NCBI GenBank assembly: GCA_965223845.1
Contig: CBDCXR010000004.1
Location: 2,400,001 to 2,464,000 of the forward strand
DNA length: 64,000 nt
From: Planctomycetota bacterium
GTDB lineage: Bacteria; Planctomycetota; UBA8108; SXIK01
Direction: 5' to 3'
Shown in pieces: positions 11,617-22,110 of the stretch (the stretch's first letter is position 1; each line of letters begins with the position of its first letter). Below the pieces are notes generated by a model. It had not been told where the DNA came from and made no database searches. It saw only the letters and a program-made list of their open reading frames with translations. Position numbers and translations under genes: made by a program.

Positions 11617-12555
11617 ATGAACCATCGGCGTGCCGGCTGGATCGCCGCCTTCGTTGGGATCACTACGCTTTGCTGCCCCGCGTTAGCTGGGGAGTCGAGC
11701 GCATCCGTCGCCTACCGCCTGGGCTCCGTCGAATCGACGTCGAGCGCGTTCGTCCGCGTCCCGTTCGACGTCACGGCAAAGCTCGACGTCTCCGTACTCA
11801 CGTGGAGCGTCGAGTTCGATCCGAGCGCACTCGCGTTCGAGTCGGTCGAGCTGTCCGATCAGCTCCGCGAGCGCCTGTCGAATCCCGAGAGCGAGGATGG
11901 CTCTCTCCACGAGGATTCGGAGCTCGAGGTGTTCGTCGACTCCGTCGAAGGCTGGGTTCAGATTTCGCTCGTCTCCGACTATCGCAGTCGCGGGCGCTTC
12001 GCAATCCCGCCGGGACTCCTTCGCTCGGGCATCCATCTTGTTTTTCGCGTCGCGGACAACGCGGCGGAGGGCACGTATCCTCTCCGCTTCTCTCGCGTCG
12101 GTGAAGCCGAGTACGCCGGCAACTTCCTTCTCGACGGCTCGGAGCCGGTTTACAACCGAACCCGCGCGTTCGCGCTCGACGAAGAGTTCAGCCCGGAGTC
12201 AAAGCTGGACGGATCGACGGAGGCAGAGCTCGCCGATGGCGAGATCGTCGTCGCGCACATCATCGGAGACGTCGGAGTGTTTCTGCGCGGCGACGCGAAC
12301 ATCGACGGCTTCGTGGATGTCTCCGACCCGATTCGCGTGCTGGGTTTCCTCTTTGTCTCCGCCGAGCAGTTTGTCTGCCCGCGCACTGCCGACGTCAACT
12401 CCGACCGAGCGCTCGACATCAGCGATCCGATCGCGATCCTGACTCAGCTCTTTGTCGTCGACACGTTCGCGCCGGAGTGGATTCCGGTCGGGTACACGGG
12501 CGCTCACTGCGCAATCGACACGATTCTCGACGAGCCCAGCGACCCAGCCGATTGA
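11617..12555 (+). CDS. Secreted cohesin-like plus dockerin-like domain protein
   Basis: Signal peptide (MNHRRAGWIAAFVGITTLCCPALA), a beta-sandwich (VRVPFDV..WSVEFDPSAL..GTYPLRF) and duplicated Ca-loops FLRGDANIDGFVDVSD / ADVNSDRALDISD. Confidence 0.75.
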   Translation: MNHRRAGWIAAFVGITTLCCPALAGESSASVAYRLGSVESTSSAFVRVPFDVTAKLDVSVLTWSVEFDPSALAFESVELSDQLRERLSNPESEDGSLHEDSELEVFVDSVEGWVQISLVSDYRSRGRFAIPPGLLRSGIHLVFRVADNAAEGTYPLRFSRVGEAEYAGNFLLDGSEPVYNRTRAFALDEEFSPESKLDGSTEAELADGEIVVAHIIGDVGVFLRGDANIDGFVDVSDPIRVLGFLFVSAEQFVCPRTADVNSDRALDISDPIAILTQLFVVDTFAPEWIPVGYTGAHCAIDTILDEPSDPAD

Positions 12556-12614
12556 CTCGGTTGCGCCGACTCGAGGCTGCTTAGCGGGGCGCGGTTTCTT
12601 CTTCGATCGGTACC

Positions 12615-15600
12615 ATGACGCGCTCTCGACGCCGCCCTCAGCATCCGCGCTACGAGATCTCGGAGCGTCTCGCTGCCGGCGGTACGAGCGACGTCTTCCT
12701 CGCACGCGATCGAATCGACGGCTCTAGCGTCGCGCTCAAGATTTGCCGCGACGCGGCGGCCCCCACCCGCTTCACGCGCGAGTTCCGCGTCCTTCGCGAT
12801 CTGCGCCACCCGGCGATCGTCCAAGCGCTCGACTTCGGCGTCATGCCCGATAGCGGCTCGGCGTACGTCGCGCTCGAGCACGTCGAGGGGAGGAGCCTCG
12901 ACGAAGAGATCAAATCCTACTCGCGCCCACTTTCCGCGGACGATCGAGCGCACCTCGTTCGCGTCCTCGCCGAGCTCGCAGACGCTCTCGTCTACATCCA
13001 TCGGCGCCGGATCCTCCACCTCGACCTCAAGCCGTCGAACATGATCCTCGCGACGGCCGGGGTCCGTCTGATCGATTTCGGCTTCGTCGAGGACCGCGAG
13101 CGTCAACCTCGTCGAATCGTTCACGGCACTCCGCGCTACGCGGCGCCCGAGATCCTCGCGGGCCGTCCCGCCGACGAGAGGAGCGACCTCTTCTCGGTGG
13201 GCGTCACGATGTACCGAGCGCTGACAGGAAGATATCCCTACACGCGAACGCAGCTCGAAAGTTCAGCCAGCGGGGATGTCCCGGCTGCGCCGCGTCGTCT
13301 TCGCGCCGAGACGGACGCATTGGACGCGATCGTGCTCCGACTCGTCGCGTGGGCTCCTGAGGATCGCTTCCCGCGCGCTGAAGCCCTCGCGGATGCGCTC
13401 GCGGAAGCGTTCCCCGATGCGCTCGCGGCGACCCGTGCGGCCGGCAGCGCGGAGTTCATCGGCCGGCGCGCCGAGCTCGATCGCTTTCTCGAGTGGCTCG
13501 ATTCGTTCACCACGGGCGACGCTCCGGCTCCTCTAGTCATCCGCGGCGAAACCGGGATCGGGAAGACACGGTTCATCGATCGGTGCACCACGGAGCTCCT
13601 CAGCACCGGAGTGAACGTTTTCAGCGTGCCGGCGAAGTCGCGCCGAGAGTTTGACACACTGCGCCGCCTGGTCCAGCAGGTGTTGGCGCTCTCTCCGGCG
13701 ACACCGGACGCGCTCGATGCGCGATTCGGTTTTCTCCTGTCCGTTCTCGGTCTCGCGGAAGACCCGACCCGCCTCGACGAGCTGCGTGACTTCGACGTAG
13801 AGCAGATTCGATCGCGAATCTTTCGTGAGTTCTTCGACCTCCTCGACGAGTCTACCGCAGAGCGCCTCACGATCGTCAGCGATAACGCCGATCTCGCGGA
13901 TCCTCACTGGCGCGCGCTCGTCGAGCGAGTTCTCCACGGCGGAGTTCCCGCACCGCTCGCGGGACGAGTCGGGTGGATCGTTTCGACGCGAGACGCGGGC
14001 GAGATCGCCGGCGGCGATGCTCTCGATCTCTCGCCCCTCGATCCCGAGGAAACACTCGCTCTTTCCACCGCACTCCTCCCTCGGGCCGACGACGACGTCC
14101 GGCGACGCCACGCGGAGACGGCGCGCGGAAACCCCGGCTTTCTCGCTCAGCTCGTCCGGCGCTCAACTCCTCTACCGAGTGGCAGCCTCGCCGGCGGCGC
14201 CGACCTCGCTCGTGTGCTTCGGCTCGAGTTTCTCAACGTCGAGCGAGACGAGCAGGATGTCGTGATTTGTCTCAGTCTCCTCGGCCGACCGTCGACGACG
14301 GGCGAGCTCGCCCGCATTACAGGGTCTGCCGAAGACGACGTCGATCATCGCATCGACGCTCTCGTCGCGGTCGGCCTCGTCGAGAGACGCGGCACGAGCT
14401 GTGATCTCGGTCACGACGTCCTCGACGCCGAGACGATCTCCACCTTTGCTCCGGATCGGGTTCCCGATCTGCACGCGCGCATCGGCGAAGCCCTCGTCGA
14501 ATCACGCGCCGATTCCCGCGAGGCCGCGCGCCACCTGCTTCGCTCTCCGGAGGTCGAACGCGGTCTCGCCGTCGGACGCGAGGCACTCGACGCCCTCAAG
14601 CAATCGGGAAGAGTCCACAGCGCGCTCGACCTCTGCGCCGAGATGCTCGAGCACGGGTCGACGATGCCCGGAGACCAGCGACTCACTCTCCTCGAAGAGG
14701 AAGGCGACCTCGCGCAGAAGGCCGGACGGCTCGACTCGGCGCTCGAATCGTACGACAAGCTTCTCGACGAGACGGATCTCCAAGGACTCGCGCGCGTCCG
14801 GGCCCAACGAAAGAAGGGCGGCGCCCTCCAGCGCTCCGGACAGAGTGACGCCGCACACTCGGCGCTCCTCGCGGCTCTTCACAGTCTCGATCCCGCCGAC
14901 GCGCCGGCGAGTCCGGCCACTCTCGATGAGGAGCTTCATCTCGCGAACGAACTCGCGGCGTTTCACCTCTATCGCGGCGAATTCGCCCAGAGCACGACGT
15001 TTGCCAACCGTGGCCTCGAGGTCCTCGCGAGCGATGCGGCTCGCGCGATCGACGAGCCGAAGCGCGCTCTGCACGCGCTCAACCTCCATTCGATCGCGGG
15101 CCACATCTACCTCCGCCAATTCGAGTACGAGCGTTCGACCGAACAGTTCGAAAAAGCCCTCGAACACTCGGGGGATCGCGCGGCGCTCCCGAGCTCGGCG
15201 CTCATCCTCAACAACCTCGGCGTCGCTTATCAGCAGTGGAATCGGATCCGTCGAGCCCTCGATGTCTACGAGCGGGCACGAAAGGTGGCGCAGCTCCTCG
15301 GCGACGATACCGCCGTGTTCAGCATCCAGTGCAACGTCGCCGGAGTCCGCGCGCGCCTCGGCCAGCTCAGTCTCGCCGACGAGCTGCTGGAAGTCGCGCG
15401 CGCCATGCCGATATGCACGAGCTCACGCCGAGCCCGGCTGTTCTTCCTGTATACGCGAGCGCTCACGGCGAGACTGGCGGGAATCGACGCGGGCGAGCAG
15501 TGGCGAGAAGTGGTCGCGCTCGCCGACGAACTTCCCGATCCGCTCTTCGCGGGATACGCACGCGTTCACTCGCTCGAGAACGAGATCTTTGCCGGGCGAT

Positions 15601-17762
15601 TCGCGGACGCGCGACGCATCGCGGAGTCGGTGAGCGGAGCGGGCGACGCGCGGCGGCAGCGTGCCGTCGACCTCCGACTCGCGTATCTCGATGCCGTTTG
15701 TGGACATCGACGGAGCGCGGAGACGATCCTCGCGCGCTGGTCGAAGAGCATGTCGCTTCGTGACGATGCCGGTTCGGACTCGGCGTTCCTCTGGGACACC
15801 GTGATCTTCGCCGGGGCGCTGATCGAGCTCGGGGAGCTCGACGGCGCCAAGGAGAAGCTCGAATTCGCCGCGGGACTCTTCGATGAGCTCGGAGAAATCC
15901 CGGGCCGGCTCGAGTGCGCGCTGCAGCTCGCGGATCTCTATCTGCGTTCGAGAGACGGAGACGCGGCGGAGCGCTCGCTCGGCGATGCACGACAGGCGCT
16001 CGCCCTTCACGACACGAGTTTCGGGTCGCGGGACGCGAGACGACGACTCCTCTTCCTCGAGATACGAAGCGCCGTACTCGCAGGCGCGCGGTCGCGGTCG
16101 CGACTTCCCGCGCCACTCCGGCGCGCAGTTCTCGAAGATTCTCTCACGGGGGTCGGCGAGCTCGAGTGGCTCGTCCTCCTCACGGCGACAGAAGGGGGCG
16201 TGAGTGGCCTCGATCCCCGTCTGAAGGCCGCGCGCGACGCATTCGTCGCCGGACTTGGTCCGCACGACCGTGCGAGCTACCTCCAGCGGGACCAGCGACG
16301 ACGACTGGGGCTCGCTCCGGCTGGCGACGCGTTGACGACGCGAGAGACCGAACGCTCGGCGCAGCAGCTCGGAAGCCTCTATCGACTGCGCTCGGCCAAG
16401 GAATTCAACGCGGCCTTCGATCTCGCGCTCGAGGCCATCGGAGCCGAGAGCGTCGCAATCGTCGTCGAAACGAGCGGAGGAGGGCGGAAACTCCTCCACG
16501 CGCGGTCAGCCGGTCGCTCGTCCCTGACCGGCGAGCTCGATCTCAACTCGCTCACGGCCGACGGAAGTCGGTGCGGTGACTGGCTCTCGGTCGAGCTGCC
16601 TCGGCCGGACGAGCGCCGCCCGAGTTTCCTCTGCGCGGAGGTTCCCCGCGACGGGAATGTCGACGACGACGAGACGATCGAGTTTCTTCACCTCGTCGCG
16701 CACTTTTTGGTGCGGCTCCTACCGCGCGTTTCTCCGACCGATCGCGGCGAAAACGGGGACTCGACGCGGCTGTTGCGGCCCGGCACTCCGCCCGATCCGA
16801 ACGCGGAGATCGTCGCCGAGTCTCCAGTGATGCGCGAGATCGTCACCCTCATCGAGCGAACGCGGGACTCGAACCTTCCCGTTCTCATCAGCGGCGAGTC
16901 CGGAGTCGGCAAAGACTTCATCGCGCGGCGCGTGCACGCGCGGAGTCAGCGGGCGAACGAAGCGTTCGTCGCCCAAGACTGCTCGGCCATCCCCGAGGGA
17001 CTCTTCGAAGCCGAGCTGTTCGGCGCAGTCGCGGGCGCGTTCACCGGCGCGACGGAAGCGCGGGAAGGCTGCCTCGTCGCGGCGGATGGCGGGACGTTTT
17101 ATCTCGACGGCATCGATTCACTTCCGCTCGAGGCGCAGGCGAAACTCCTCCGCGTTCTCGAGACGGGCGAAATCCGGCCGCTCGGCAGCGCCGAGTCGCT
17201 CTCGATCGACATCCGTGTCGTCAGCTCGGCTCGCCGCAATCTCAAGGATCTGAGCGCCCGGGGAGAGTTCCGGCGCGACCTCTACTTTCGCGTCGCCGGA
17301 ATCTGTCTCGAGCTTCCCCCGCTGCGCGAGCGGACCGGAGACATCCCCGGTCTCGTCCAGGCGTTCCAACGAGAGATCGCCGAGTCGAAAACCGCGTTCA
17401 CGGCGCCGAGCATCGAAGCCCTCAAGGCATACTCTTGGCCGGGAAACGTCCGTGAGCTCGAGTCCTTGGTTCGCCGGTTGGCGCTCACGGTCGACGGATC
17501 CGTCGAGCCGGAACACGTCCGAGACGCGCTCGGCATCGCGCGCGATGTCCCGCAGTTTCCGACGTGGATCTTCGAGGACCGCGACTACCGCGAAGTCATG
17601 GATGCGGTGAAGCGAGAGTATTTGCTCCATCTCTTCGATCGCTACGACGGGGATCTCGCCCGTGTCGCGGAAGCGATGGGGACGACCAAGCGAAACGTCT
17701 ACCTCCGGTTTCAGCAGGTCGGCCTGAAGCCGACGGAGCTCCGCAACCGGCGCTCGAGCTGA
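12615..17762 (+). CDS. Ser/Thr kinase - AAA ATPase - TPR - sigma54-interacting activator fusion
   Basis: Kinase VALK, HLDLKPSN, DFG, GTPRYAAPE; ATPase GETGIGKT; TPR-like helices; bEBP GESGVGKD, GAFTGA, FRRDLYFR, WPGNVREL; C-terminal HTH. Confidence 0.9.
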   Translation: MTRSRRRPQHPRYEISERLAAGGTSDVFLARDRIDGSSVALKICRDAAAPTRFTREFRVLRDLRHPAIVQALDFGVMPDSGSAYVALEHVEGRSLDEEIKSYSRPLSADDRAHLVRVLAELADALVYIHRRRILHLDLKPSNMILATAGVRLIDFGFVEDRERQPRRIVHGTPRYAAPEILAGRPADERSDLFSVGVTMYRALTGRYPYTRTQLESSASGDVPAAPRRLRAETDALDAIVLRLVAWAPEDRFPRAEALADALAEAFPDALAATRAAGSAEFIGRRAELDRFLEWLDSFTTGDAPAPLVIRGETGIGKTRFIDRCTTELLSTGVNVFSVPAKSRREFDTLRRLVQQVLALSPATPDALDARFGFLLSVLGLAEDPTRLDELRDFDVEQIRSRIFREFFDLLDESTAERLTIVSDNADLADPHWRALVERVLHGGVPAPLAGRVGWIVSTRDAGEIAGGDALDLSPLDPEETLALSTALLPRADDDVRRRHAETARGNPGFLAQLVRRSTPLPSGSLAGGADLARVLRLEFLNVERDEQDVVICLSLLGRPSTTGELARITGSAEDDVDHRIDALVAVGLVERRGTSCDLGHDVLDAETISTFAPDRVPDLHARIGEALVESRADSREAARHLLRSPEVERGLAVGREALDALKQSGRVHSALDLCAEMLEHGSTMPGDQRLTLLEEEGDLAQKAGRLDSALESYDKLLDETDLQGLARVRAQRKKGGALQRSGQSDAAHSALLAALHSLDPADAPASPATLDEELHLANELAAFHLYRGEFAQSTTFANRGLEVLASDAARAIDEPKRALHALNLHSIAGHIYLRQFEYERSTEQFEKALEHSGDRAALPSSALILNNLGVAYQQWNRIRRALDVYERARKVAQLLGDDTAVFSIQCNVAGVRARLGQLSLADELLEVARAMPICTSSRRARLFFLYTRALTARLAGIDAGEQWREVVALADELPDPLFAGYARVHSLENEIFAGRFADARRIAESVSGAGDARRQRAVDLRLAYLDAVCGHRRSAETILARWSKSMSLRDDAGSDSAFLWDTVIFAGALIELGELDGAKEKLEFAAGLFDELGEIPGRLECALQLADLYLRSRDGDAAERSLGDARQALALHDTSFGSRDARRRLLFLEIRSAVLAGARSRSRLPAPLRRAVLEDSLTGVGELEWLVLLTATEGGVSGLDPRLKAARDAFVAGLGPHDRASYLQRDQRRRLGLAPAGDALTTRETERSAQQLGSLYRLRSAKEFNAAFDLALEAIGAESVAIVVETSGGGRKLLHARSAGRSSLTGELDLNSLTADGSRCGDWLSVELPRPDERRPSFLCAEVPRDGNVDDDETIEFLHLVAHFLVRLLPRVSPTDRGENGDSTRLLRPGTPPDPNAEIVAESPVMREIVTLIERTRDSNLPVLISGESGVGKDFIARRVHARSQRANEAFVAQDCSAIPEGLFEAELFGAVAGAFTGATEAREGCLVAADGGTFYLDGIDSLPLEAQAKLLRVLETGEIRPLGSAESLSIDIRVVSSARRNLKDLSARGEFRRDLYFRVAGICLELPPLRERTGDIPGLVQAFQREIAESKTAFTAPSIEALKAYSWPGNVRELESLVRRLALTVDGSVEPEHVRDALGIARDVPQFPTWIFEDRDYREVMDAVKREYLLHLFDRYDGDLARVAEAMGTTKRNVYLRFQQVGLKPTELRNRRSS

Positions 17763-17878
17763 TCGGGCGACACGTTGACGTCCTCGAATTTAGTGTCCAT
17801 TCTGAGAGGCGGACTCTTCCGCGAGTGCGCGAACGCGCTACTCACCCGTTCGACGACCACGCTTTCGGAGCGACTCTC

Positions 17879-18694
17879 ATGCGCTTTCCCCTCGCTATTC
17901 TCGCTTTCGTTCTCGTCCCCCTCGCGCTCCCGAATCGCGCCGTCTCCGACGACGCCAAACAGTCGACGAAGAAATCCGATCGGGAAAAGGCGAACGCGGA
18001 GTGTCCATTCTCCGGGCGCGCCGTCGACCCGGAGGAGTGGATCTTCAGCGAAGGGAAGCGAGTCCTCTTCTGCTGCGCGAACTGCACCGGAAAGTTCACG
18101 CTCGAAAAGGAAAATCGGCTGTCGGCAGAGGAGCGGAAGGCCGGGTGGAGGCTCGTGTTCAACGGACGGGACCTCGACGGATTCGCGCCACCCACTCGGA
18201 CGGGGAAGTGGTCTGTCGAGGACGGAATCCTGTCCGCCACGGGTGGCCCCGGAGTCCTCGGCACGAAAGAGAGCTATCGCGACTTCGAGCTCCGCTTCGA
18301 CGCGGAGGTCTACGACACCGGCGAGAGGCGCGGGAACAGCGGAGTCTTCATCCGCGGCCCCGATCTCCTCGGATTTCGCGGCCGGTGGCCGAACGGGCTC
18401 GAGGTGCAGATCGACCACGGCGATCCGAACTTTTGGACCGGAGCGATTTGGAAGATCGCGAAGGCAAAGAAGGTGAAGACACGTGACAAAGAGTGGTTCC
18501 AGCTTCGGATCCGCGCCGAGGGGAAGCTCGTCCGCGTGTGGGTGAACGGCGAGCTCGTGACGGAACACGAGCAGAAGGACGACCCCGCGGCCGGTCCGAT
18601 CGCCTTTCAGGTGCATCACGCGACCGACGTCGTTCGCTTGAAGAACGTGAAGGTGCGCGCCCTCGAATCGAAGAAGGCGAGGTCGAAGAAGTAG
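17879..18694 (+). CDS. Secreted DUF1080 (3-keto-disaccharide hydrolase family) protein with a small YHS-like Cys domain
   Basis: Signal peptide; CPFSG..FCCANC; GWRLVFNGRDLDG, NSGVFIR, EVQID and GPIAFQVH. Confidence 0.85.
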   Translation: MRFPLAILAFVLVPLALPNRAVSDDAKQSTKKSDREKANAECPFSGRAVDPEEWIFSEGKRVLFCCANCTGKFTLEKENRLSAEERKAGWRLVFNGRDLDGFAPPTRTGKWSVEDGILSATGGPGVLGTKESYRDFELRFDAEVYDTGERRGNSGVFIRGPDLLGFRGRWPNGLEVQIDHGDPNFWTGAIWKIAKAKKVKTRDKEWFQLRIRAEGKLVRVWVNGELVTEHEQKDDPAAGPIAFQVHHATDVVRLKNVKVRALESKKARSKK

Positions 18695-18748
18695 CTTCCC
18701 GGGATTCATCGGCGCCGCGGTTCGCTCGCCCCTTCCGGCCGAAGGTTC

Positions 18749-20107
18749 GTGCGAGGCCGCCAGGCCAAACGACGGAGAGACGATCGGTACGTGACCTGGG
18801 GAACTCCGGCCAGCGAGTGGAATCAGCCGATCAGCTTATCGTGGTCGTTCGTGCTCCGGTTCCTCAGGCACCCCATCGGGGGAACGCGCGCGGCGATTCG
18901 CTGGCGGACGGAGCGACGGTCTCTCGGACTCGATTGGTCTCCGACTCTCGTCGGTGCCGCGCTGATCAGCGCGGTGATCGGTCTCGCGGTCACCTTCGGC
19001 CCGCAGTTCATAAGAGCGTCCGGATTAGAGTTGATCTGGGTACTTCTCGCCGCCACCAGCGCCCTCGCGTGGGCATCGTCGAGCGTAGTTCGAGGCGTTC
19101 TCGGAGCTCGATCGGCGTCACCGCGATCCCGGTCGCTCGTCGGCCAGGCGCGCTCTGTGAACGGCACGCGGGCAGCCCGCACCCTGCTCGAAGAGGGGCT
19201 TCGAGCAGAACCGCGAGACCCTCTCCTGCGATGGGCGAGTGGGAATCTCTTCCTCGAGGACGGGGACTACGACTCAGCACAGGCGGAGTTCGAAACGGCC
19301 GCCGACCTCTCGGGCCTGGGACTCGGCTTGGGCGAGCTCGCCGAGACGGCGTATCGAGCCGGCAACCTCGATGCGGCGGCGTCGATCGCGAAGCTCGCGA
19401 CTTGGCGGCTTCCCGACGACCCGATTCACTGGCGAATTCGCGGCGCGATCGCGCTCCATCGGCGCTCGTACGACCGCGCCGCTGAGTGCTTCGCGTATTC
19501 CGCCGAGCACCTCGACGATCCCGCCAGCGAATCGTGGCGCCGTGCCGCCGAGGAAGCTCGCGACGCCCCGTCGACCGATCGCCTTCGCCGAGCGATGGAA
19601 ACGCATCGCGTCGCGATCGTCGGCGAGATCTTCGCGCAGAATCGGGAGCCGACCCGAACCAGCGTCGATCTACGTGCGATGAAGCTCACGTCCAACCGCT
19701 ATCGAATGCGAGTGTTCGATTCTCTCTTCTTCGGTTTCGTCGCCCTCGAGCTGCTGATCGTCGGAGTCGCGCTTCGGATGAACATCGCGGCCAGCCCAGA
19801 CGGATACCTCGCGGGACTGCTCGTGAGCGAGGAATGGATCGAAAGAAATCCCGGTCTGGCGCAGCTCTTCCTTCTCATCGAAGTCGGAGTGTTCGTCGAG
19901 ATTCTCCTCGGACTAGGGGTCGTCGCCATCCTTGTCAGTTCGTACTCGCTTCCCTTCCTAGCCATCGGGTACGGCGTGTTTCGCTGTGTTCGCGTCGCTC
20001 TACGGCGTCGGAGGCGACTTGCGCTCGTTTGGCTCCTACCGATCACCGCGATCGCCGCGGCTTGTTCGGCCTACATCTCCGACGCGGTTCGAATCGTTCT
20101 CGACTGA
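18749..20107 (+). CDS. Membrane protein with a TPR-like central region
   Basis: N- and C-terminal hydrophobic helices flank TPR-like repeats (GNLFLEDGDYDSA, GAIALHRRSYDRA). Start uncertain. Confidence 0.6.
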   Translation: MRGRQAKRRRDDRYVTWGTPASEWNQPISLSWSFVLRFLRHPIGGTRAAIRWRTERRSLGLDWSPTLVGAALISAVIGLAVTFGPQFIRASGLELIWVLLAATSALAWASSSVVRGVLGARSASPRSRSLVGQARSVNGTRAARTLLEEGLRAEPRDPLLRWASGNLFLEDGDYDSAQAEFETAADLSGLGLGLGELAETAYRAGNLDAAASIAKLATWRLPDDPIHWRIRGAIALHRRSYDRAAECFAYSAEHLDDPASESWRRAAEEARDAPSTDRLRRAMETHRVAIVGEIFAQNREPTRTSVDLRAMKLTSNRYRMRVFDSLFFGFVALELLIVGVALRMNIAASPDGYLAGLLVSEEWIERNPGLAQLFLLIEVGVFVEILLGLGVVAILVSSYSLPFLAIGYGVFRCVRVALRRRRRLALVWLLPITAIAAACSAYISDAVRIVLD

Positions 20108-20338
20108 CGACTCGAGCACGCCGGTTCCGCCGTCGCCAAGCGCGGTGACGATCGACGCCGATTTCGCCCGAGGCATGGACATTCGCCTCTATCGCGAACG
20201 GGTCGGAAACCTTCCACAACGAGCGGCGAAGCTGGATCTCCGCCGCCTGACTTCACTTCCGACGTCTGCCGCGAGAACGATTCGCGACCGGTACGCTTGT
20301 TGCGGAGAGACTCGCAAACCCACCGAGTCAAATCCGCC

Positions 20339-20785
20339 ATGGAAACGTTCACCTACTCGCCCCGTCCAAAATCGAAACCGCACCGCCCGACGCGTCGGCG
20401 CTGGATCCCGTGGTCGCGCGTCGCGTGGACCGCGCTCCCCATCGGACTCGCGGTCTACTACCTGACGCTCGTCGCCCCGTCGCTCGTTCCACTCGCGCCG
20501 AACATCGACGTTCCGTACCCGCAGCTCACGCGCACCCTCGAGCCGTTCTGCGCTTGGTGTGGTGCACACCCGGAGATCGTCGCCGCGGTCGGACTCGCGC
20601 TCCTCATTCCCGTCGCGCTGAGCGAAATCTGGCCGCAGCGCATCCACGTCTGGACGATCATTCTGGTGACGTTCGGGCTGAGCGCGACCTACCTCTCGAT
20701 CTCGGCGCCGGTCGATCGGCTGATCACGAGCTTCGACGCGGCCATCTCCTCGTACGAGCGCGTTCCGCCGCCGGAAGCACGTTAG
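20339..20785 (+). CDS. Hypothetical membrane protein (3 predicted TM helices)
   Basis: ATG at 20339 and three hydrophobic segments. Confidence 0.65.
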   Translation: METFTYSPRPKSKPHRPTRRRWIPWSRVAWTALPIGLAVYYLTLVAPSLVPLAPNIDVPYPQLTRTLEPFCAWCGAHPEIVAAVGLALLIPVALSEIWPQRIHVWTIILVTFGLSATYLSISAPVDRLITSFDAAISSYERVPPPEAR

Positions 20786-20802
20786 CGCGCGCCCGAGGGT
20801 CG

Positions 20803-22110
20803 TCAGCTCGTCGTCGGTGTCGCCGACTCGAGAATCGCCGTCTCCCAATCGAGGATCGGCCTCACGGGCCCGGGGAGCGGGCTGTGCCAGCCCGCGGTGC
20901 GGCTCCCGTCGTTCTCGACATCGAACGCGAGGATTTCGTCTTCGCGGTGAACGAGGCGGCGGCGATCCTCGACGAGACGCAGCGTGACCGAGTAGGTCCC
21001 GTCGTTCAAGAGGTCGCCGGGAACATGGCAGGTGAAGCGGACGAGGCCGGTTGGGTACGGCTCTCCCTCCCAGCCCGGCGCATGGGGTGAGCGCGTGTTG
21101 AACGCCACGCTCCCGTCGGGTCCCCGCACGGTGAGGCTGGCGTCGAGGCGAGCGCCCTCGCGTCGATTCCACACTTCGAAGACGAGATCGACCGGACTCG
21201 ATGTCGTGATCCGCGACGCTCCGTCGGTCGGCGCCGCGGCAACGCGCCGAATCCTGATCGCGTCGTTTCCCGGCGCCGCGGTGGGATCCTCCCAGATCCG
21301 CTCGGTCGCTTGATCGCGCGCGCGTGTCAGGTACTCGGAGACGATCGACGAAACGTCTCCCTCGCGCACGAGCCGCCCGCGCTCGAGCCAGAGCGCCCGC
21401 GTGCAGAGGTTCTGCACCGCTCCGGTGTTGTGGCTCACGAAGAGTACGGTTCTCCCCGACTTCGCAAACGTCTCCATCTTGCCGAGACACTTGCGCTGAA
21501 ACTGAGCGTCGCCCACGGCGAGGACTTCGTCGATGACGAGGATCTCCGGCTCGAGGTGTGCGGCGACGGCGAACGCCAGACGCATGTACATCCCCGACGA
21601 GTAGCGCTTGACGGGCATGTCGAGAAAACGCTCCACCTCGGAGAATGCGACGATCTCATCGAAGCGCGAGCGGATCTCGGCGCGCGTCATGCCGAGGATC
21701 GCGCCGTTGAGGAAGATGTTCTCGCGCCCGGTGAGCTCGGGGTGAAACCCAGTCCCGACTTCGAGGAGTGAACCGACTCGCCCCCAGAGGCGTACGCGTC
21801 CCTCCGTCGGCTCCGTGATCCGCGAAAGCACCTTGAGGAGCGTACTCTTCCCCGCGCCGTTACTCCCGACGATGCCGAGGACCTCGCCCTCGCGAACGCG
21901 AAAGTCGACGTCGCGGAGAGCCCAATGAAACTGCGCGGACGTGCGGCCGACCTCGTCGCGTTCTCCGGATCGACGGACGCGACGACGAAGATTCCGAAAC
22001 GGAGCTCTCGCGAGCGAACTGAGCAGCTCCGAAAAGCGGTGGTAGTCGGCGCGCCCGCAGACGCGAAACTGCTTTCCGAGTCCTTCGACCTCGAGCGCGT
22101 AATCGCCCAT
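20803..22110 (-). CDS. wzt: Polysaccharide ABC exporter ATP-binding subunit with a Wzt C-terminal domain
   Basis: GSNGAGKST, GTGFHPELTGREN, YSSGM and DEVLAVGD; C-terminal beta domain; start overlaps the wzm stop. Confidence 0.92.
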   Translation of the reverse strand: MGDYALEVEGLGKQFRVCGRADYHRFSELLSSLARAPFRNLRRRVRRSGERDEVGRTSAQFHWALRDVDFRVREGEVLGIVGSNGAGKSTLLKVLSRITEPTEGRVRLWGRVGSLLEVGTGFHPELTGRENIFLNGAILGMTRAEIRSRFDEIVAFSEVERFLDMPVKRYSSGMYMRLAFAVAAHLEPEILVIDEVLAVGDAQFQRKCLGKMETFAKSGRTVLFVSHNTGAVQNLCTRALWLERGRLVREGDVSSIVSEYLTRARDQATERIWEDPTAAPGNDAIRIRRVAAAPTDGASRITTSSPVDLVFEVWNRREGARLDASLTVRGPDGSVAFNTRSPHAPGWEGEPYPTGLVRFTCHVPGDLLNDGTYSVTLRLVEDRRRLVHREDEILAFDVENDGSRTAGWHSPLPGPVRPILDWETAILESATPTTS

